Origin: a virus
Lineage: Duplodnaviria > Caudoviricetes
Reading direction: 5' to 3' (one strand)
Length of the DNA stretch: 46,542 nt
IMG/VR virus record: IMGVR_UViG_3300049167_000222
Span: 1 to 46,542 of that record
Part shown: piece by piece, positions 45,263 through 46,542 of the stretch
Numbering within the stretch: the first letter of the stretch is position 1
Layout of the letters: every line of letters begins with the position of its first letter
Notes under the pieces: generated by a model
What the model was told of the DNA's origin: nothing
Seen by the model: the letters and a program-made list of their open reading frames with translations, nothing else
The model's database searches: none
Made by a program: the position numbers and the translations under genes

Positions 45263-45436
45263 GTGACATCTCCAGCGCTTGTCAAAAAATCCGATCTCGA
45301 CCGCATGGCTGCGGTCGCGAATGCGCAGAACGTGACGGTGGAGATCGTCGAGGGGGGCAGGACCATACGGGTTTCGCCAGCCGCGGCGCAGCCGGAACGG
45401 AATCCGCTTGCGCCCAGGGGAGGAGTTCGGCTTTGA
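45263..45436 (+). CDS. Excisionase-like small protein (57 aa, not in ORF track)
   Basis: GTG start; TSPALVKKSDLDRMAAVA..VTVEI..GRTIRVSP; TGATG overlap with int. Confidence 0.65.
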   Translation: MTSPALVKKSDLDRMAAVANAQNVTVEIVEGGRTIRVSPAAAQPERNPLAPRGGVRL

Positions 45437-46542
45437 TGGAACTCATGCCGCGCAAATTGCCACTGAACGTTATCAGGGAAAAAAACCGTCATGGGACGTG
45501 GGTCTTTTACTACCGCGTTGGCAAGGGATCGCGTACGCGACTTCGCGGTGAGCCGGGAAGCGCCGAGTTCCAAGCTGCATATAAGGCGGCGGTGGCTGAA
45601 ACTCCTGTCGTCGAGCGCCGGCAGAGATCCGACAGCCGAACTCTGAAGTGGCTTATCGAGCGATATATGGAAAGTCGCAAATGGGCGACGCTTTCGGTTG
45701 CGACGCGCAGGGCGAGAGGAAATCTTTTCCTGCAGATGCTGAAAAATGCTGATGGAGCCTTCTTCGGAGACATCTCGAAAAAGGATGTCGAGGCAGCCAT
45801 GGAGGCGCGAGCCCACACGCCCGCGCAGGCGAACACTCTTCTGAAGGCGTTGCGCGGCCTGTTCGAATGGGCAATCAAAAACGAGATCACCATTTTCGAT
45901 CCGACGCACGGCGTCGACAGCATCGCGTATAAGTCGGACGGTTTCGAGCCCTGGGTAGCTGAGGATGTTCACAAGTTCTGCGCCCATTGGAAGGAAGGAA
46001 CAGTTCAGCGGCTGGCGTTTGAGCTGTTGTTGTGTTCCGGACTGCGTCGGTCCGATATCGTCAAGGCGGGCCGCCAGCATTTGACCGGAAGTACTTTCAC
46101 GATGCGGACCCAAAAGACGGGTGCTGAGATCACAGTGGATTTCTCCGACCGCCTCGTTAAGCTGATCGAAAAAACCAAGACCGGCGATCTCGCGTTCATC
46201 GTCGGCGAAAACGGCCGACCTTTTGCGGTCGAGTCCTTCGGCAACTGGTTTCGCAAGCACTGCACCGCGGCCGGCGTCAACAAGAGCGCGCACGGCGTGC
46301 GAAAACTGTCCGCCACGCTCGCGGCGAATGCCGGCGCATCGTCTCATGAGTTGATGGCGCAATACGGCTGGGCGACATCGCGCCAGGCGGAAACCTATAC
46401 GAAAAAGGCTGACCGGAAGCGGCTGGGAATCAGGGCCTCAAAGCTGGTTGCAGAACAAATCGAGATAGAACTTTCCCCGCACCTGAATCCCAGTGCGGGG
46501 AAAATTGAAAATCATGAAATGAAATCAATGCCCAAAAAATGA
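45436..46542 (+). CDS. int: Tyrosine recombinase / phage integrase
   Basis: GLRRSD, QKTG, HGVRK, YGW, TYT catalytic motifs; NRHG..YYR arm-binding N-terminus. Confidence 0.96.
   Translation: MELMPRKLPLNVIREKNRHGTWVFYYRVGKGSRTRLRGEPGSAEFQAAYKAAVAETPVVERRQRSDSRTLKWLIERYMESRKWATLSVATRRARGNLFLQMLKNADGAFFGDISKKDVEAAMEARAHTPAQANTLLKALRGLFEWAIKNEITIFDPTHGVDSIAYKSDGFEPWVAEDVHKFCAHWKEGTVQRLAFELLLCSGLRRSDIVKAGRQHLTGSTFTMRTQKTGAEITVDFSDRLVKLIEKTKTGDLAFIVGENGRPFAVESFGNWFRKHCTAAGVNKSAHGVRKLSATLAANAGASSHELMAQYGWATSRQAETYTKKADRKRLGIRASKLVAEQIEIELSPHLNPSAGKIENHEMKSMPKK

Larger units (their letters stand above)
1..46542. mobile_element. Lambda-like temperate siphophage / prophage (att sites not visible; window ends at integrase stop)
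   Basis: Complete lambdoid gene order: lysis, tail, head, terminase/cos, replication, cro/cI switch, early-left operon, xis/int. Confidence 0.97.

Noticed and set aside
45208-46362. 384-aa minus ORF opposite the integrase
   Set aside because: Antisense shadow of int; no motifs
1-46542. tRNA/rRNA genes and attL/attR core repeats
   Set aside because: None recognisable; the window is cut at gene ends, so att sites probably lie outside

Overview
An almost complete lambda-like temperate siphophage (prophage) of an alphaproteobacterium; Rhizobiaceae is inferred from the gene families and the GAAC-N7-GAAC SOS box. The late genes lie on the minus strand: cos site, TerS/TerL, gpW, portal, S49 protease, scaffold, D, E, connectors, tail tube, G/GT chaperones, tape measure, tail tip, fibres, GH19 endolysin, spanins. 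The early-right arm holds cro, CII-like, ParB/MT-A70, replication initiator and a NusG paralogue. The immunity region has a non-cleavable CI and a LexA-boxed operon. The plus-strand early-left operon runs through a beta-clamp, DUF1643, HNH and a Dam-like MTase to xis/int. Two accessory regions stand out. (1) A ~5.6 kb surface-polysaccharide-modification cassette (acetyltransferase, FkbM methyltransferase, GT2+KpsS-like fusion, secreted beta-helix protein) is bracketed by a duplicated endolysin 5' end. (2) At 39.9-45.3 kb, an array of modules is delimited by a degenerate ~18-nt CCN-NCN-CCN-SAR-WCN motif (P-x-P-[QE]-[TS]). Most modules hold one antisense cargo gene, while the plus strand remains a chain of open, translationally coupled ORFs down to xis-int. 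All family calls come from motif recognition by eye; no database searches were run.
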